A stretch of DNA of 64,000 nucleotides from Frankiales bacterium (lineage in GTDB: Bacteria; Actinomycetota; Actinomycetes; S36-B12; CAIYMF01), in NCBI GenBank assembly GCA_016125335.1, contig WGLY01000006.1, forward strand, positions 1 to 64,000, written 5' to 3'. A model generated the notes under the pieces. The model was not told the DNA's origin. It was given only the letters and a program-made list of their open reading frames with translations, and did not search any database. This document shows positions 49,743-59,552 of this stretch, one piece after another. The translations under genes and the position numbers were made by a program. Every line of letters starts with the position of its first letter. The first letter of the stretch is position 1.

Positions 49743-50842
49743 GCGGTCCCGTCCGGCAGGTGCGGGCCGAGGCCTACCGCATGCCGACGTCGGCGCCCGA
49801 GGCCGACGGCACGCTGGCGTGGGACTCGACCACGATCGTCGTGGTGCACGTGCGCACCGACGACCACGAGGGCCTCGGCTACACCTACACCGACGCGTCC
49901 GCGGCGTCGCTGGTGAACCGCAAGCTCGCCGACGTGGTCGTGGCCGGCGACGCCGACGACGTCGTGGCCACCAACGCCGCGATGCGCCGGGCCCTGCGCA
50001 ACATCGGCGACCACGGCCTCGGCGCCGCCGCGCTCTCCGCGGTGGACGTCGCCCTGTGGGACCTGCAGGCCCGGGCGAAGGGGGTGCCGCTCGCCGACCT
50101 CGTCGGGCGGCAGCGGGAGTCGGTGCCGGTCTACGGCAGCGGCGGCTTCACCACCCTGGACGGCGACGGCCTGGCGGACCAGCTCACCGGCTGGGTGACC
50201 GACCTGGGCGTCGGTGCGGTCAAGATGAAGATCGGCGAGTCGTGGGGGTCCGCCGTCGGCCGCGACCTGGAGCGGGTGACCACGGCGCGCGCGGCCATCG
50301 GGGCGGACGTCGCCCTGTTCGTCGACGCGAACGGCGGCTACGACCGCGAGCAGGCGCTCGAGGTGGGACGGGCCCTGGAGGAGCGCGACGTGCGCTGGTT
50401 CGAGGAGCCGGTCAGCTCCGACGACGTCGAGGGCCTGCGGCTGCTGCGCGCCGCGCTGCGCTGCGACGTGTCGGCGGGCGAGTACACCTGGCGTCTGCAG
50501 GACGCCGCGAGGCTGCTCGACGGCGCGGCCGTGGACTGCCTCCAGCTCGACGTCACGCGCTGCGGCGGCATCACGGGCTGGGTCCAGGCAGCGGCGCTCG
50601 CGCACTGGCGGGGCGTCGAGCTCTCGACGCACTGCGCCCCCCAGGTGTCGGCGCACGTCGGCTGCGCGACCGTGGGGGTCCGCCACCTCGAGTGGTTCCA
50701 CGACCACGTGCGCCTCGAGTCCGAGCTGTTCGACGGCGCCCTGCGCCCCGCTGCGGGCGTCGTCGCCCCGGACCCCGACCGACCCGGCCTCGGCCTGTCC
50801 GTGCGCGCCGAGGTCGCCGGGGCGCTGCGCGTCCAGCCCTGA
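49739..50842 (+). CDS. Enolase-superfamily enzyme (mandelate racemase / muconate lactonizing enzyme family)
   Basis: Capping domain plus TIM barrel with metal ligands (KMKIG, FVDANGGYD, EEP, D...LD...C). ATGA overlap with the upstream gene. 367 aa. Confidence 0.85.
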   Translation: MSGPVRQVRAEAYRMPTSAPEADGTLAWDSTTIVVVHVRTDDHEGLGYTYTDASAASLVNRKLADVVVAGDADDVVATNAAMRRALRNIGDHGLGAAALSAVDVALWDLQARAKGVPLADLVGRQRESVPVYGSGGFTTLDGDGLADQLTGWVTDLGVGAVKMKIGESWGSAVGRDLERVTTARAAIGADVALFVDANGGYDREQALEVGRALEERDVRWFEEPVSSDDVEGLRLLRAALRCDVSAGEYTWRLQDAARLLDGAAVDCLQLDVTRCGGITGWVQAAALAHWRGVELSTHCAPQVSAHVGCATVGVRHLEWFHDHVRLESELFDGALRPAAGVVAPDPDRPGLGLSVRAEVAGALRVQP

Positions 50843-50966
50843 GCAGCCGGGCCCGCGAGCGCGGTCCCGTGGGTCGTCCGACTCGCGGGCGGGCGCGTCT
50901 GCCCTAGGGTTCCCCTGGACGTCGGGCCCTCCCGCCCGGCAGCGGAGCACGAGGGGCGGCCGATCG

Positions 50967-52769
50967 GTGGACCACGCCACGATCAGCCTCCTCGTCCTCG
51001 CGTCGGTCATCGTGCTGTTCGTCTGGAACCGGCTCCCCGTCGGGGCCGTCGCAGTGCTGGCCTCGCTCTCCCTCTACGTGACCGGCGTGCTCCCGGTGGA
51101 CCAGGCCCTCGCCGGCTTCGGCGACCCGGTGGTCGTGTTCATCGCCGCGCTGTTCGTGGTGAGCGAGGGGATCGACTCCGCAGGGGTCACCACCTGGGCC
51201 GGCCAGTGGCTGCTCTCGGTGGTGGGTGACCGGCCGCGCGTGGCGCTGCTGTCGGTCATGGCGATGGCGTCGGTGATGACGGCGCTCATCACGCTGAACG
51301 GTGCGGCCGCGGCGCTCATCCCCATGGTGGTGGTGATCGCGATGCGGCTCGGCGTGCTGCCGGGGCGCATGCTCATGCCCATGGCCTTCGCCGGCAGCGC
51401 CGGCGGCCTGCTGTTCCTCACCGCCTCGCCGGTGAACGTGCTGGTGGCCGGGGCCGCCGACGACGCCGGCACGTCCGGCTTCTCCTTCTTCTCCTTCACG
51501 GTCATGGGCGTGCCGCTCGTGCTCGCCACCATCGCGCTGGTGTCCGTGCTCGGGCCGAGGCTGCTGCCGGGGCGCGCCTCCCTGGAGCAGCCGCCCGACC
51601 TCAGCGGCCACGCGGCCACGCTCGCGGACCACTACGAGCTCGTCGACGGCTTCTACCGGCTGCGCGTGCGGGCCGGCTCCCCGATGGTGGGCACGCCGCA
51701 CGGCTCCTGGGACCTCGCGCCCTACCCCGGGCTGCGCCTCATCGCCGTGCAGCGCGGGCTCGAGCCCCTCGACGACGGCGTCGCGCTCGAGCCCGACGAC
51801 GTGCTGGTCGTGACCGGCCCCGGCGACCAGGTGAGCCGGCTGGTCGTCGACGCCGTGCTCATGGTCGTGATGCGGCCGATCACCAGCGAGACCGGCGAGC
51901 TGCTGACCCGCGACCTCGGCGTCGCGGAGCTCGTGGTGCCGCCGCGCTCGCCGCTCGTCGGGGAGACGATGTTCCCCGGGATGGTCCGCGGCGGCGACCT
52001 CGTCGTGCTCGGGATCCGCCGGCGCGGTCGCGAGCGGGGCGCGGAGCGGACCGTCATCGACGAGGGCGACTCGCTGCTCGTGCACGGGTCGTGGGCCACC
52101 GTCGAGCAGCTGGTGGAGCACCGCGACGTGCTCGTGGTGAACTCCCCCGACCTCGTGCGGCGGCAGGCCGGACCGCTCGGCGCCAAGGCCGGCGCGGCCA
52201 TCGCGGTGCTCCTCGCCATGATCGTGCTGCTCGCCGCCGACCTGGTGCCGCCGGCCGTCGCCGGGCTCGGTGCGGCCGTGGCGATGGTGCTGCTGCGCGT
52301 GGTGTCGAGCGGCCAGGCCTACCGCGCGGTGTCGTGGCAGACCGTCGTGCTGATCGGCGGGCTGATCCCGCTGTCGACGGCCATCGAGACGAGCGGGGCC
52401 GCGGACCTCATCTCCGAGAAGCTGCTCGCCGTGGTGGGAGACGGCCACCCGCTGCTCGTGCTGGTGGCCCTGTTCGTGCTCACCGCGACCCTCGGCCAGT
52501 TCATCTCGAACACGGCCACCGTGCTCATCGTCATCCCGATCGCGGTGTCGGCCGCGCACGAGTCGGGCGTCTCGCCCCTGCCGATCCTCATGGCCGTCGC
52601 CGTCGCGGGCTCGGCGTCGTTCCTCACCCCGGTCGCCACGCCGGCCAACATGATGGTGTTCGGCCCCGGCGGCTACCGGTTCGGCGACTACTGGCGCCTC
52701 GGGCTCCCCCTGCTGCTCGCCTGGCTGGTGCTCGCGCTGCTCATCGTGCCGCGGGTCTGGCCGCTGTGA
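50967..52769 (+). CDS. DASS/SLC13-family anion:cation symporter with central paired TrkA-C domains
   Basis: Two transmembrane halves flanking two TrkA-C-like domains. 600 aa. GTG start. Confidence 0.85.
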   Translation: MDHATISLLVLASVIVLFVWNRLPVGAVAVLASLSLYVTGVLPVDQALAGFGDPVVVFIAALFVVSEGIDSAGVTTWAGQWLLSVVGDRPRVALLSVMAMASVMTALITLNGAAAALIPMVVVIAMRLGVLPGRMLMPMAFAGSAGGLLFLTASPVNVLVAGAADDAGTSGFSFFSFTVMGVPLVLATIALVSVLGPRLLPGRASLEQPPDLSGHAATLADHYELVDGFYRLRVRAGSPMVGTPHGSWDLAPYPGLRLIAVQRGLEPLDDGVALEPDDVLVVTGPGDQVSRLVVDAVLMVVMRPITSETGELLTRDLGVAELVVPPRSPLVGETMFPGMVRGGDLVVLGIRRRGRERGAERTVIDEGDSLLVHGSWATVEQLVEHRDVLVVNSPDLVRRQAGPLGAKAGAAIAVLLAMIVLLAADLVPPAVAGLGAAVAMVLLRVVSSGQAYRAVSWQTVVLIGGLIPLSTAIETSGAADLISEKLLAVVGDGHPLLVLVALFVLTATLGQFISNTATVLIVIPIAVSAAHESGVSPLPILMAVAVAGSASFLTPVATPANMMVFGPGGYRFGDYWRLGLPLLLAWLVLALLIVPRVWPL

Positions 52770-52862
52770 GCACCTGACCGCCCCAGCGACCCGCCGCTTG
52801 CGCGCCCACCGGCCCCCGCACCCTGCTACGTTCCGCTTCGGCCCACACCCCTCGGAGCCCCG

Positions 52863-54071
52863 ATGAACCCGATCGTCGCGTTCGTGATCGTCATGGCGGT
52901 CTGGACCGTCAGCGACTTCGTCGCCAAGAAGACGAAGTCGCTGCTGTCCTCGCTGTTCGTGGCCTCGATCATCTTCCTGGTCGGGTTCCTCACCGACGTC
53001 TTCCCGCACGACCTGCTCGCCGCGTCGTCGCTGCTGGCGCTGGCCGGAGTCGTGGTGGGCTTCATCATCGTGCACCTCGGCACCATGATCAGCCTCGACG
53101 ACTTCATCAAGCAGTGGCGCACCTTCCTCATCGGCGTCGCCACGGTGCTGGGCATCGGCGTCATGCTCTACGTCGCGAGCCTGGTGTTCGGCCAGTCGAT
53201 CAGCGGGGCGGCGGAGGACGGCTACGCCTCGGCCCTCGACTTCGTCGTCGCCGGCACCGGTGCGCTCAGCGGCGGCACCATCTCGGTGCTCCTCGTGCAG
53301 GAGGCGGCGCTCGGCGTCGGACTCACGAGCATCGCGATCTTCCCCGTGCTCATCGCCGCGCTTCAGGGCCTGATCGGCTTCCCACTGACCTCGATCATCC
53401 TGCGCCGCGAGGCCGCGCGGCTGAAGTCCGAGTACCGCGCCGGCAACCTCGAGGCCACCGAGAAGGCCGAGGCCGAGGCGGCCACGCACGACTCGCGCCT
53501 GCCGGACGCCTTCCGCGGCACCGCCGGGACGCTGTTCGTCGTCGGCATCGCCGTGCTGGTGGCCCTCGGCATCAACAACCTCACCAACGGGATCCTCAAC
53601 ACGTTCGTGGTGGCGCTGATCCTCGGCATCGCGCTGCGCACGACCGGCATCTTCAAGCCGTCGGTGCTCGCGGGCATCGACTCCCTCGGGCTCATGATGA
53701 TCGCGATCATGATCCTGGTGTTCGGCCCGCTCGCGACCGTGCTGCCCTCCGACGTGAAGGCGCTCGCGGGGCCGCTCGTGCTCGCGTTCGTGTTCGGGAT
53801 CCTCGGCATCGGCCTGTTCGCCGGCCTGGTGGGCAAGCTGCTCGGCTACAGCGTGCCCATGTCCGTCGCGATCGGGCTCACGTCGCTGTACGGCTTCCCG
53901 GGCACGATGATCCTGTCGCAGGAGGCCGCGCGCGGTGCCGGGGAGTCGCCCGAGGAGGTCGCCGCGATCGAGCACCAGATCCTGCCGAAGATGATCGTGG
54001 CCGGCTTCAGCACGGTGACCATCACCTCCGTGGTGATCACCAGCATCATCGTGGGCCGCATCGGCGGCTGA
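52863..54071 (+). CDS. Polytopic membrane transporter, family uncertain (possibly MadL/MadM-like or 2-hydroxycarboxylate-type)
   Basis: 402 aa, 10-12 hydrophobic helices with a central amphipathic loop. No soluble domains. Confidence 0.6.
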   Translation: MNPIVAFVIVMAVWTVSDFVAKKTKSLLSSLFVASIIFLVGFLTDVFPHDLLAASSLLALAGVVVGFIIVHLGTMISLDDFIKQWRTFLIGVATVLGIGVMLYVASLVFGQSISGAAEDGYASALDFVVAGTGALSGGTISVLLVQEAALGVGLTSIAIFPVLIAALQGLIGFPLTSIILRREAARLKSEYRAGNLEATEKAEAEAATHDSRLPDAFRGTAGTLFVVGIAVLVALGINNLTNGILNTFVVALILGIALRTTGIFKPSVLAGIDSLGLMMIAIMILVFGPLATVLPSDVKALAGPLVLAFVFGILGIGLFAGLVGKLLGYSVPMSVAIGLTSLYGFPGTMILSQEAARGAGESPEEVAAIEHQILPKMIVAGFSTVTITSVVITSIIVGRIGG

Positions 54072-54119
54072 CCGGCCGTCGGTGGCCGCGCACCGCGCGG
54101 CCCCGGCCCCGGCCCCGGC

Positions 54120-54629
54120 TCAGCGGGCGGCGCGGCGGACCACCACGGTCGCCGGCTCGCGCAGGCTCTGGCCCACCACGCAGTAGCGCTCGGTGGATCG
54201 GGCCAGCCGCTCGAGCGCCACGTCGTCCACGTCGCCGGTGACCGTCGCCGTGACGGTGACGGGGCCGACCCCGACGTCGACCGAGCGGTCCATCCCGAGC
54301 GTGCCGCGCGCGTCGAAGTGGCTCTGCGCGCTGAGCTGCACGTCGCCGAGGTCGAGCTGCATGGCCGTGGCCACGCTGCGCATCGTCACGCCGGCGCACG
54401 CGAGCAGCGCCTCCATGAGCATGTCGCCCGAGCACACGTCGCTGCCGTCGCCGCCGGTGGCCGGATGGAGCCCGGCCCGCACGGGCCCGGCGGCGGTGGC
54501 GACGGTGCACGTGATGCCGTCGTCGGCGAAGTCCGCCCGGGCGCCCACCGGCGTCCACGCGGAGGCGGGGTCGGCCTTGTAGCGGTCGCGGACGGGGGCC
54601 TGGAGCGCCCGGATGGATTCGCGGTCCAT
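54120..54629 (-). CDS. OsmC/Ohr-family peroxiredoxin-like protein
   Basis: Two conserved Cys (DVCSGDM ... ERYCVVGQSL). ~170 aa. Confidence 0.85.
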   Translation of the reverse strand: MDRESIRALQAPVRDRYKADPASAWTPVGARADFADDGITCTVATAAGPVRAGLHPATGGDGSDVCSGDMLMEALLACAGVTMRSVATAMQLDLGDVQLSAQSHFDARGTLGMDRSVDVGVGPVTVTATVTGDVDDVALERLARSTERYCVVGQSLREPATVVVRRAAR

Positions 54630-54705
54630 GACGGCATTCTCGCCGCAGGCGGGCCGGATCGACGCCGGAACCACCGACCCGACGGCACCGCCGGACGCGA
54701 GGGCA

Positions 54706-55167
54706 TCAGCCGGCAGCGGTGCGCACCAGGTCGGCCACGGTCCGCTCGGTGGCGGCGTCCATCTCGAGCAGCGCGTAGGAGGTGGGCCACATCGCGCCGT
54801 CGTCGAGGGCGGCGGCGTCCTCGAAGCCGAGGGTGGCGTAGCGGCTCTTGAACTTCACCGCAGGCTTGAAGAAGCAGACGACCTTGCCGTCGCGGGTGTA
54901 GGCGGGCATCCCGTACCAGGTGCGCGACTGCAGGTGCGGGGCCACCTCCCGCACGAGCGCGTGCAGCCGCTCGGCGAGCACACGGTCGGAGTCGGCCATC
55001 TCGGCGATCCGCTCGAGCACCTCGGCCTCCTGCTCGGCCGCGGTCCGGGCCTGCTTCTCGGCCTTGAGCTCGGCCGCGCGCTCCTTCATCGCGGCGCGCT
55101 CGCCGGCGGTGAACCCGCCCGAGGCCGATGCGGACGGTGACGTGCTGCTCTTCCTCGCTGCGGGCAT
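54706..55167 (-). CDS. DUF1801 (YdhG-like) domain protein
   Basis: 153 aa. Conserved WYGMPAY...GKVVCFF core. Confidence 0.7.
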   Translation of the reverse strand: MPAARKSSTSPSASASGGFTAGERAAMKERAAELKAEKQARTAAEQEAEVLERIAEMADSDRVLAERLHALVREVAPHLQSRTWYGMPAYTRDGKVVCFFKPAVKFKSRYATLGFEDAAALDDGAMWPTSYALLEMDAATERTVADLVRTAAG

Positions 55168-55508
55168 CGGTGCCTCCGGGTGTTCCGTGCTTCTCTGCCG
55201 TCGCGCCCACGCTAGGCGGGGGCGCGGGCCCGCTGCTTCTCCAGACCTGCTCGATCCGCGGACCGACCGTCAGGACGAGGGGCGGCCGTCGGTCGGAACC
55301 GGTCGTCGCCGGTCAAGCGCGAGGCTGTAGCGGTCGATACACACCCCGTGACCCCCCGCACGAGTGCGGACTCCACGGGCGTCCCGGAACCGACGGCCGC
55401 GCCCCTGGACGACGCCACCCCCGCGCCGCGCTGCCCGCGTCCGAGCCGGGCCTGCACCGCATCGCCACCCCCGCCTGGCTGCGCCGCGGCGTCGCCGCCC
55501 TCATCGCG

Positions 55509-56903
55509 ATGACGGTGATCGGCGCCGCGGCCCTGCTCTGGCTCGCGGTCGCGCAGTCGGCGCCCGCGCCGGTCGGCGGCGAGCACATCACGTGGACCTG
55601 GGGACCGTTCTCGCTGCTGTACTCCTCCACCCGACCGCCCGCCGGGGTCGTCCTCGTGGCGCTCGGGCTCGGCCTCGTGGCGGTCGCGGCGACGGCCGCC
55701 TTCACGCTGTGGTTCCTGCGCACCTCGCGCAGCTCGCTCGACCCGAGCACGTACCCCCTGTCACCGCACAAGATCATGCGGGCCACCCACGGCCGCTACG
55801 ACGGCCCGGTCACCATCACGGTGCTCGTGCCGGCGCACGACGAGGCCGACCGCATCGGCGCGACGCTCAGCAGCCTCGAGCAGCAGAGCCGGCGACCGGA
55901 CCGCGTGGTCGTGGTGGCCGACAACTGCACCGACGACACGGCCGGCATCGCCCGCGCCGCCGGCGCCGAGGTGATGGCGACGACGGGGAACACCGAGAAG
56001 AAGGCGGGCGCGCTCAACCAGGCGCTGCGCGACCTGCTCCCCGGCGCCGGCCACAACGACGTCGTCATGGTGATGGACGCCGACACCGTGCTCGGCGACG
56101 GGTTCCTCGAGGAGGCGGACCGCCGGTTCACCGAGGACCGTGCGCTCATGGCGCTCGGCGGTGTCTTCACCGGCGAGCCCGGGCACGGGCTGATCGGGGC
56201 GTTCCAGCGCAACGAGTACGCGCGCTACGCCCGCACGGTGCGCCGCCGTCGCGGGCTGGTCGACGTCCTCACCGGCACCTCGACCCTGTTCCGGCCGCTG
56301 GCCCTGCGCACGGTGGCGTCCAGCCGCGGGCACGCGCTGCCCGGCCGGCCGGGCGACGTCTACGACACCCTCGCGCTCACCGAGGACAACGAGATCACCA
56401 TCGCGCTCAAGCGGCTCGGCGCGCTGATGGTGTCGCCGTCGCAGTGCCGGGTGGTGACCGAGCTGATGCCCACGTGGCGCGACCTGTGGCGCCAGCGCCT
56501 GCGCTGGCAGCGCGGCGCGGTCGAGAACATCGGCGCCTACGGCCTGAGCCTCTCGACGCTGCGCTACTGGACCCAGCAGCTCGGCATCGGCTACGGCACG
56601 ATCGCGCTGCTCGCCTACCTCGTGTGCATGGCCGTCCTCGTGCTGGCCTCGGACGAGTGGGTGTGGTTCCCGTTCTGGCTCGGCGTGGGGCTGGTGTTCG
56701 CCGTCGAGCGTGTGGTGACGGCGTGGCGCACGGACCCGCGCGGCCGCCTGCTCGCCGCGCTGCTGTTGCCCGAGCTCGTGTACGACCTGTTCCTCGACGC
56801 GGTGTACGTGCACGGACTCGTGCAGATCACGCTCGCCCGCCGGGCCAGCTGGGGGCACGAGCGCGCGCTGCCCGCCCCGGACCGTGAGTCGGTGACGCCA
56901 TGA
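55509..56903 (+). CDS. Processive family-2 glycosyltransferase (membrane-embedded synthase, PgaC/cellulose-synthase-like)
   Basis: DxD (VMVMDADT). TED (ALTEDNEIT). Q(R/Q)xRW (QRLRWQRG). N- and C-terminal TM helices. True start may lie upstream of the first ATG. Confidence 0.8.
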   Translation: MTVIGAAALLWLAVAQSAPAPVGGEHITWTWGPFSLLYSSTRPPAGVVLVALGLGLVAVAATAAFTLWFLRTSRSSLDPSTYPLSPHKIMRATHGRYDGPVTITVLVPAHDEADRIGATLSSLEQQSRRPDRVVVVADNCTDDTAGIARAAGAEVMATTGNTEKKAGALNQALRDLLPGAGHNDVVMVMDADTVLGDGFLEEADRRFTEDRALMALGGVFTGEPGHGLIGAFQRNEYARYARTVRRRRGLVDVLTGTSTLFRPLALRTVASSRGHALPGRPGDVYDTLALTEDNEITIALKRLGALMVSPSQCRVVTELMPTWRDLWRQRLRWQRGAVENIGAYGLSLSTLRYWTQQLGIGYGTIALLAYLVCMAVLVLASDEWVWFPFWLGVGLVFAVERVVTAWRTDPRGRLLAALLLPELVYDLFLDAVYVHGLVQITLARRASWGHERALPAPDRESVTP

Positions 56904-57118
56904 GCCTGCTCGCCTCCGTGCTGCCGGCGTCGTGGCTCACCAGCACCTGGTACGCGACGCTCACCGCGTTCGTCGCGGTCAACACCCTGGTGTACGTGGT
57001 GCTGTCGGTGTCGAAGATCCTGCCCCGCCTGCACCCCACGACCTGGCTGCCGGGCCAGCGCGGCGCCAACCGCCGGCGTGAGAGCCGGTCGATCCACCCA
57101 GTGCCCCCAGGGGACTGA
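56900..57118 (+). CDS. Small hydrophobic ORF (72 aa) translationally coupled to the GT2 synthase
   Basis: ATGA overlap with the GT2 stop. One or two TM segments (WLTSTWYATLTAFVAVNTLVYVVLSV). Confidence 0.4.
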   Translation: MSLLASVLPASWLTSTWYATLTAFVAVNTLVYVVLSVSKILPRLHPTTWLPGQRGANRRRESRSIHPVPPGD

Positions 57119-57133
57119 CCGGCCGTACGGCGG

Positions 57134-58783
57134 TCAGCCCCCCGCGGCCGGCACCACGGCCTTCCCGCCCCGGAACGCGTTGAGGCGCAGCGCGGGCGGC
57201 GGGCTCGTGCACCCGATGCAGGCCGGGCGCCCGGCGAACCACGGAGGGAGGGTGGGCGAGTCGGTGGGCGGGTTGGTGGCCAGCAGGAGCGGGCGCAGCG
57301 GCTGCTGCGAGAAGTCGAAGTCGTTCACGAGGTTGCCCAGCTGCGGCTGGTTCTCACGGACGTCCGGACGCGGGTCCGGCCGCCCGTCCGTGGCGGGGTC
57401 GAGCCGCTGGCCGCCGAGGAAGTCGTCCTCGATGAACTTGAGGTACGCGTCGCTGGAGAGCACCTGGTGGTCCACGTAGCCGCGGCGGGCGTACGGCGAG
57501 ATCACGATGCTCGGCACACGCAGGCCGTAGCCGGCGCGGTCGACCTGCGGCGGCACCACGTGGTCGTAGAAGCCGCCCCAGTCGTCCCACGAGAGGAAGA
57601 TCGCGGTGGAGCGCCAGTCCGGGCTCTTCATCGCGGCGTTGATGACCGAGGTGACGTAGGCCTGGCCCTGGTGCACGCTCTCCGGCGGGTGCTCGCTGTC
57701 CGGGCCGGACGGCGTGATCCAGCTGACGGCGGGCAGGGTGCCGTTGCGGGCCGCGGTGAAGTACTGGCGCAGGTCGCGCACGTTGGACTGCTGGCCGTCC
57801 TGGTGCACGTCGCCGAACAGCGGCAGGGGGTTCCAGATGCCCGGGGTCCTCGCGTTCTGCGGCGTGGCGGCGCACGTCATCGCGCTGTCGTTGGCGCAGT
57901 CGGGCTGCGAGCCGGACTGCACGTAGTACGACCAGCTCACGCCGGCCGCGTGCAGCAGCCAGGTGAGGTCCGTCCAGGCGAGGTCGACCGACGTCGAGCC
58001 CGTGCGCAGCTCCTGGTTCACCGCACGGCCGAAGACGCCGTCGGGGTAGGGACCGCTGGCGTCGCCGACGCAGCTCATCGGATCGGGCGACGAGCAGCGG
58101 GCCGACCAGCCGGAGACCATGTAGAGGTGGTCCGGCAGCGACCAGGACTTCACCGGCTCGAACATGTGGTCGTCGAGGGTGAAGTCCTTCGCGTACCTCC
58201 AGTAGTTCGGGATCTCCGCAGCGGTGTGGTAGCCCATGACGTCGGTCCTCGGCCCCAGCGCGCAGCCCGGGTCGGTGGGGGTCGCGCACACCGAGCGCGC
58301 CGTGGCGCGCTCGAGGATGAACCCGTTCATGCTGCCGTGCGCGACGTCGGCCACGGCGTCCTTCAGACCGTGCGGGCCGCCGCCGTTGATGTCCGCGGTG
58401 TCGTGGTACGGCCGCACGCAGCGGCCGGTCGGTGCCGGCAGGCACACCGTCGGGCGGTGGTGGCGCATGGGGATGCCGTCCGCGCCCGGGAAGGTGCCGA
58501 AGTAGGAGTCGAACGACCGGTTCTCCTGCATCACCACGATGACGTGGCGGATCTTGTGGATCCCCTGCGGCACCAGGAGGGTGCCCGGCGGAGCGGCTGC
58601 CGCGGCACCGCCCGTGAGGTCGCCGGGGGGCAGGGCGGAGCCGGGACCGGCGGAGCAGGCGGCCAGCGACGGGACGGCGAGGAGGACGGCGCAGGCGCCG
58701 AGGACGAACGACCGGGGGGAAGGCACGCGCGGACGATAAGCATCCGGAAGTCGGGCGCCGAAGACCCGCCACGCGGTTCGCAT
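57134..58783 (-). CDS. Phosphoesterase-family phospholipase C / acid phosphatase lipoprotein
   Basis: Lipobox LAAC. Hallmark N-terminal motif [20 protein letters not shown]. ~549 aa. Confidence 0.85.
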   Translation of the reverse strand: MRTAWRVFGARLPDAYRPRVPSPRSFVLGACAVLLAVPSLAACSAGPGSALPPGDLTGGAAAAAPPGTLLVPQGIHKIRHVIVVMQENRSFDSYFGTFPGADGIPMRHHRPTVCLPAPTGRCVRPYHDTADINGGGPHGLKDAVADVAHGSMNGFILERATARSVCATPTDPGCALGPRTDVMGYHTAAEIPNYWRYAKDFTLDDHMFEPVKSWSLPDHLYMVSGWSARCSSPDPMSCVGDASGPYPDGVFGRAVNQELRTGSTSVDLAWTDLTWLLHAAGVSWSYYVQSGSQPDCANDSAMTCAATPQNARTPGIWNPLPLFGDVHQDGQQSNVRDLRQYFTAARNGTLPAVSWITPSGPDSEHPPESVHQGQAYVTSVINAAMKSPDWRSTAIFLSWDDWGGFYDHVVPPQVDRAGYGLRVPSIVISPYARRGYVDHQVLSSDAYLKFIEDDFLGGQRLDPATDGRPDPRPDVRENQPQLGNLVNDFDFSQQPLRPLLLATNPPTDSPTLPPWFAGRPACIGCTSPPPALRLNAFRGGKAVVPAAGG

Positions 58784-58831
58784 CGATCTCTCAGCAAGGA
58801 GCTCCGGCGCGCCGGTCGGACCACGCCGCCG

Positions 58832-59482
58832 TCAGCGCGCCGCGTGCTCGAGACCGGCGAGGTCGACGACGTCGATCCGCCTTCGCCGCAGGCGCACCAC
58901 ACCGCCGTCCTCGAGCCGGCGCAGGCAGCGGTTGGCGGTCGGGCGGCTGACCCCGGCCATGGCCGCGACGTCCTGCTGCCCCACGGGGAGCGTGCCGGGG
59001 CCGGTGAGGTCCAGGGCCCGGGCGCAGTCGAGCAGCCGGCGCGCCACGCGGTGCGCCGCGTCCTCGTAGAGGGCGTCGCCCAGCAGCCGACCGGCACGCT
59101 CGAGCCTGCGGGCGAGGGTCTCGAGCAGCCACTCGGTGAGCTCGGGCCGCTCCTGGCGCAGCGCGCGGAAGCGCACGGCGGGCACCGAGAGCAGGTGGAC
59201 GTCGTCGATCGCGACCACGGTGGCCGTGTGGTGGTGGTCCGGGCGCAGCAGGGCCAGCTCGCCGAGCTCGTCCGGCGCCGCGATCACGGCCAGCACGACC
59301 TCGTCGCCGTCGACCGTCGCGCTGCGGACCACGACGCGTCCCTGCCGCAGCAGGTACAGGCTGTCGCTGGGGTCGCCCTGGTGGAACAGGACCTCGCCGG
59401 GGGCGAAGTCGCGCGGGTGCCCGGCCCGCAGCAGCGCGTCCCGCGCCCGCGGGGTGAGCGTGGTGTCGAGCAGGCGCTCCAC
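58832..59482 (-). CDS. Crp/Fnr-family transcriptional regulator
   Basis: cNMP-binding beta-roll (GEVLFHQGDPSDSLYLLRQGRV). C-terminal HTH (QQDVAAMAGVSRPTANRCLRRLEDGG). Confidence 0.85.
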   Translation of the reverse strand: MERLLDTTLTPRARDALLRAGHPRDFAPGEVLFHQGDPSDSLYLLRQGRVVVRSATVDGDEVVLAVIAAPDELGELALLRPDHHHTATVVAIDDVHLLSVPAVRFRALRQERPELTEWLLETLARRLERAGRLLGDALYEDAAHRVARRLLDCARALDLTGPGTLPVGQQDVAAMAGVSRPTANRCLRRLEDGGVVRLRRRRIDVVDLAGLEHAAR

Positions 59483-59552
59483 ACCACGATCACAGCACCG
59501 CGTGGCGCGGGAGTCCGCGCGAGCGGCCCCGCGGCCCGGCGATCAGGCCGGG

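Noticed and set aside
50904-53975. 1023-aa minus-strand ORF
   Set aside because: Antisense to the DASS and second transporter genes. Extreme Arg/Gly/Asp/His content.
55364-56887. 507-aa plus-strand ORF in the alternative frame over the GT2 region
   Set aside because: The GT2 frame carries the DxD, TED and QRLRW motifs. The alternative frame is an Arg-rich artefact.
57134-57250. TAT signal on the PLC-like phosphoesterase
   Set aside because: Only a single Arg precedes the h-region (PRSFVLG). The lipobox LAAC fits Sec/lipoprotein export better.
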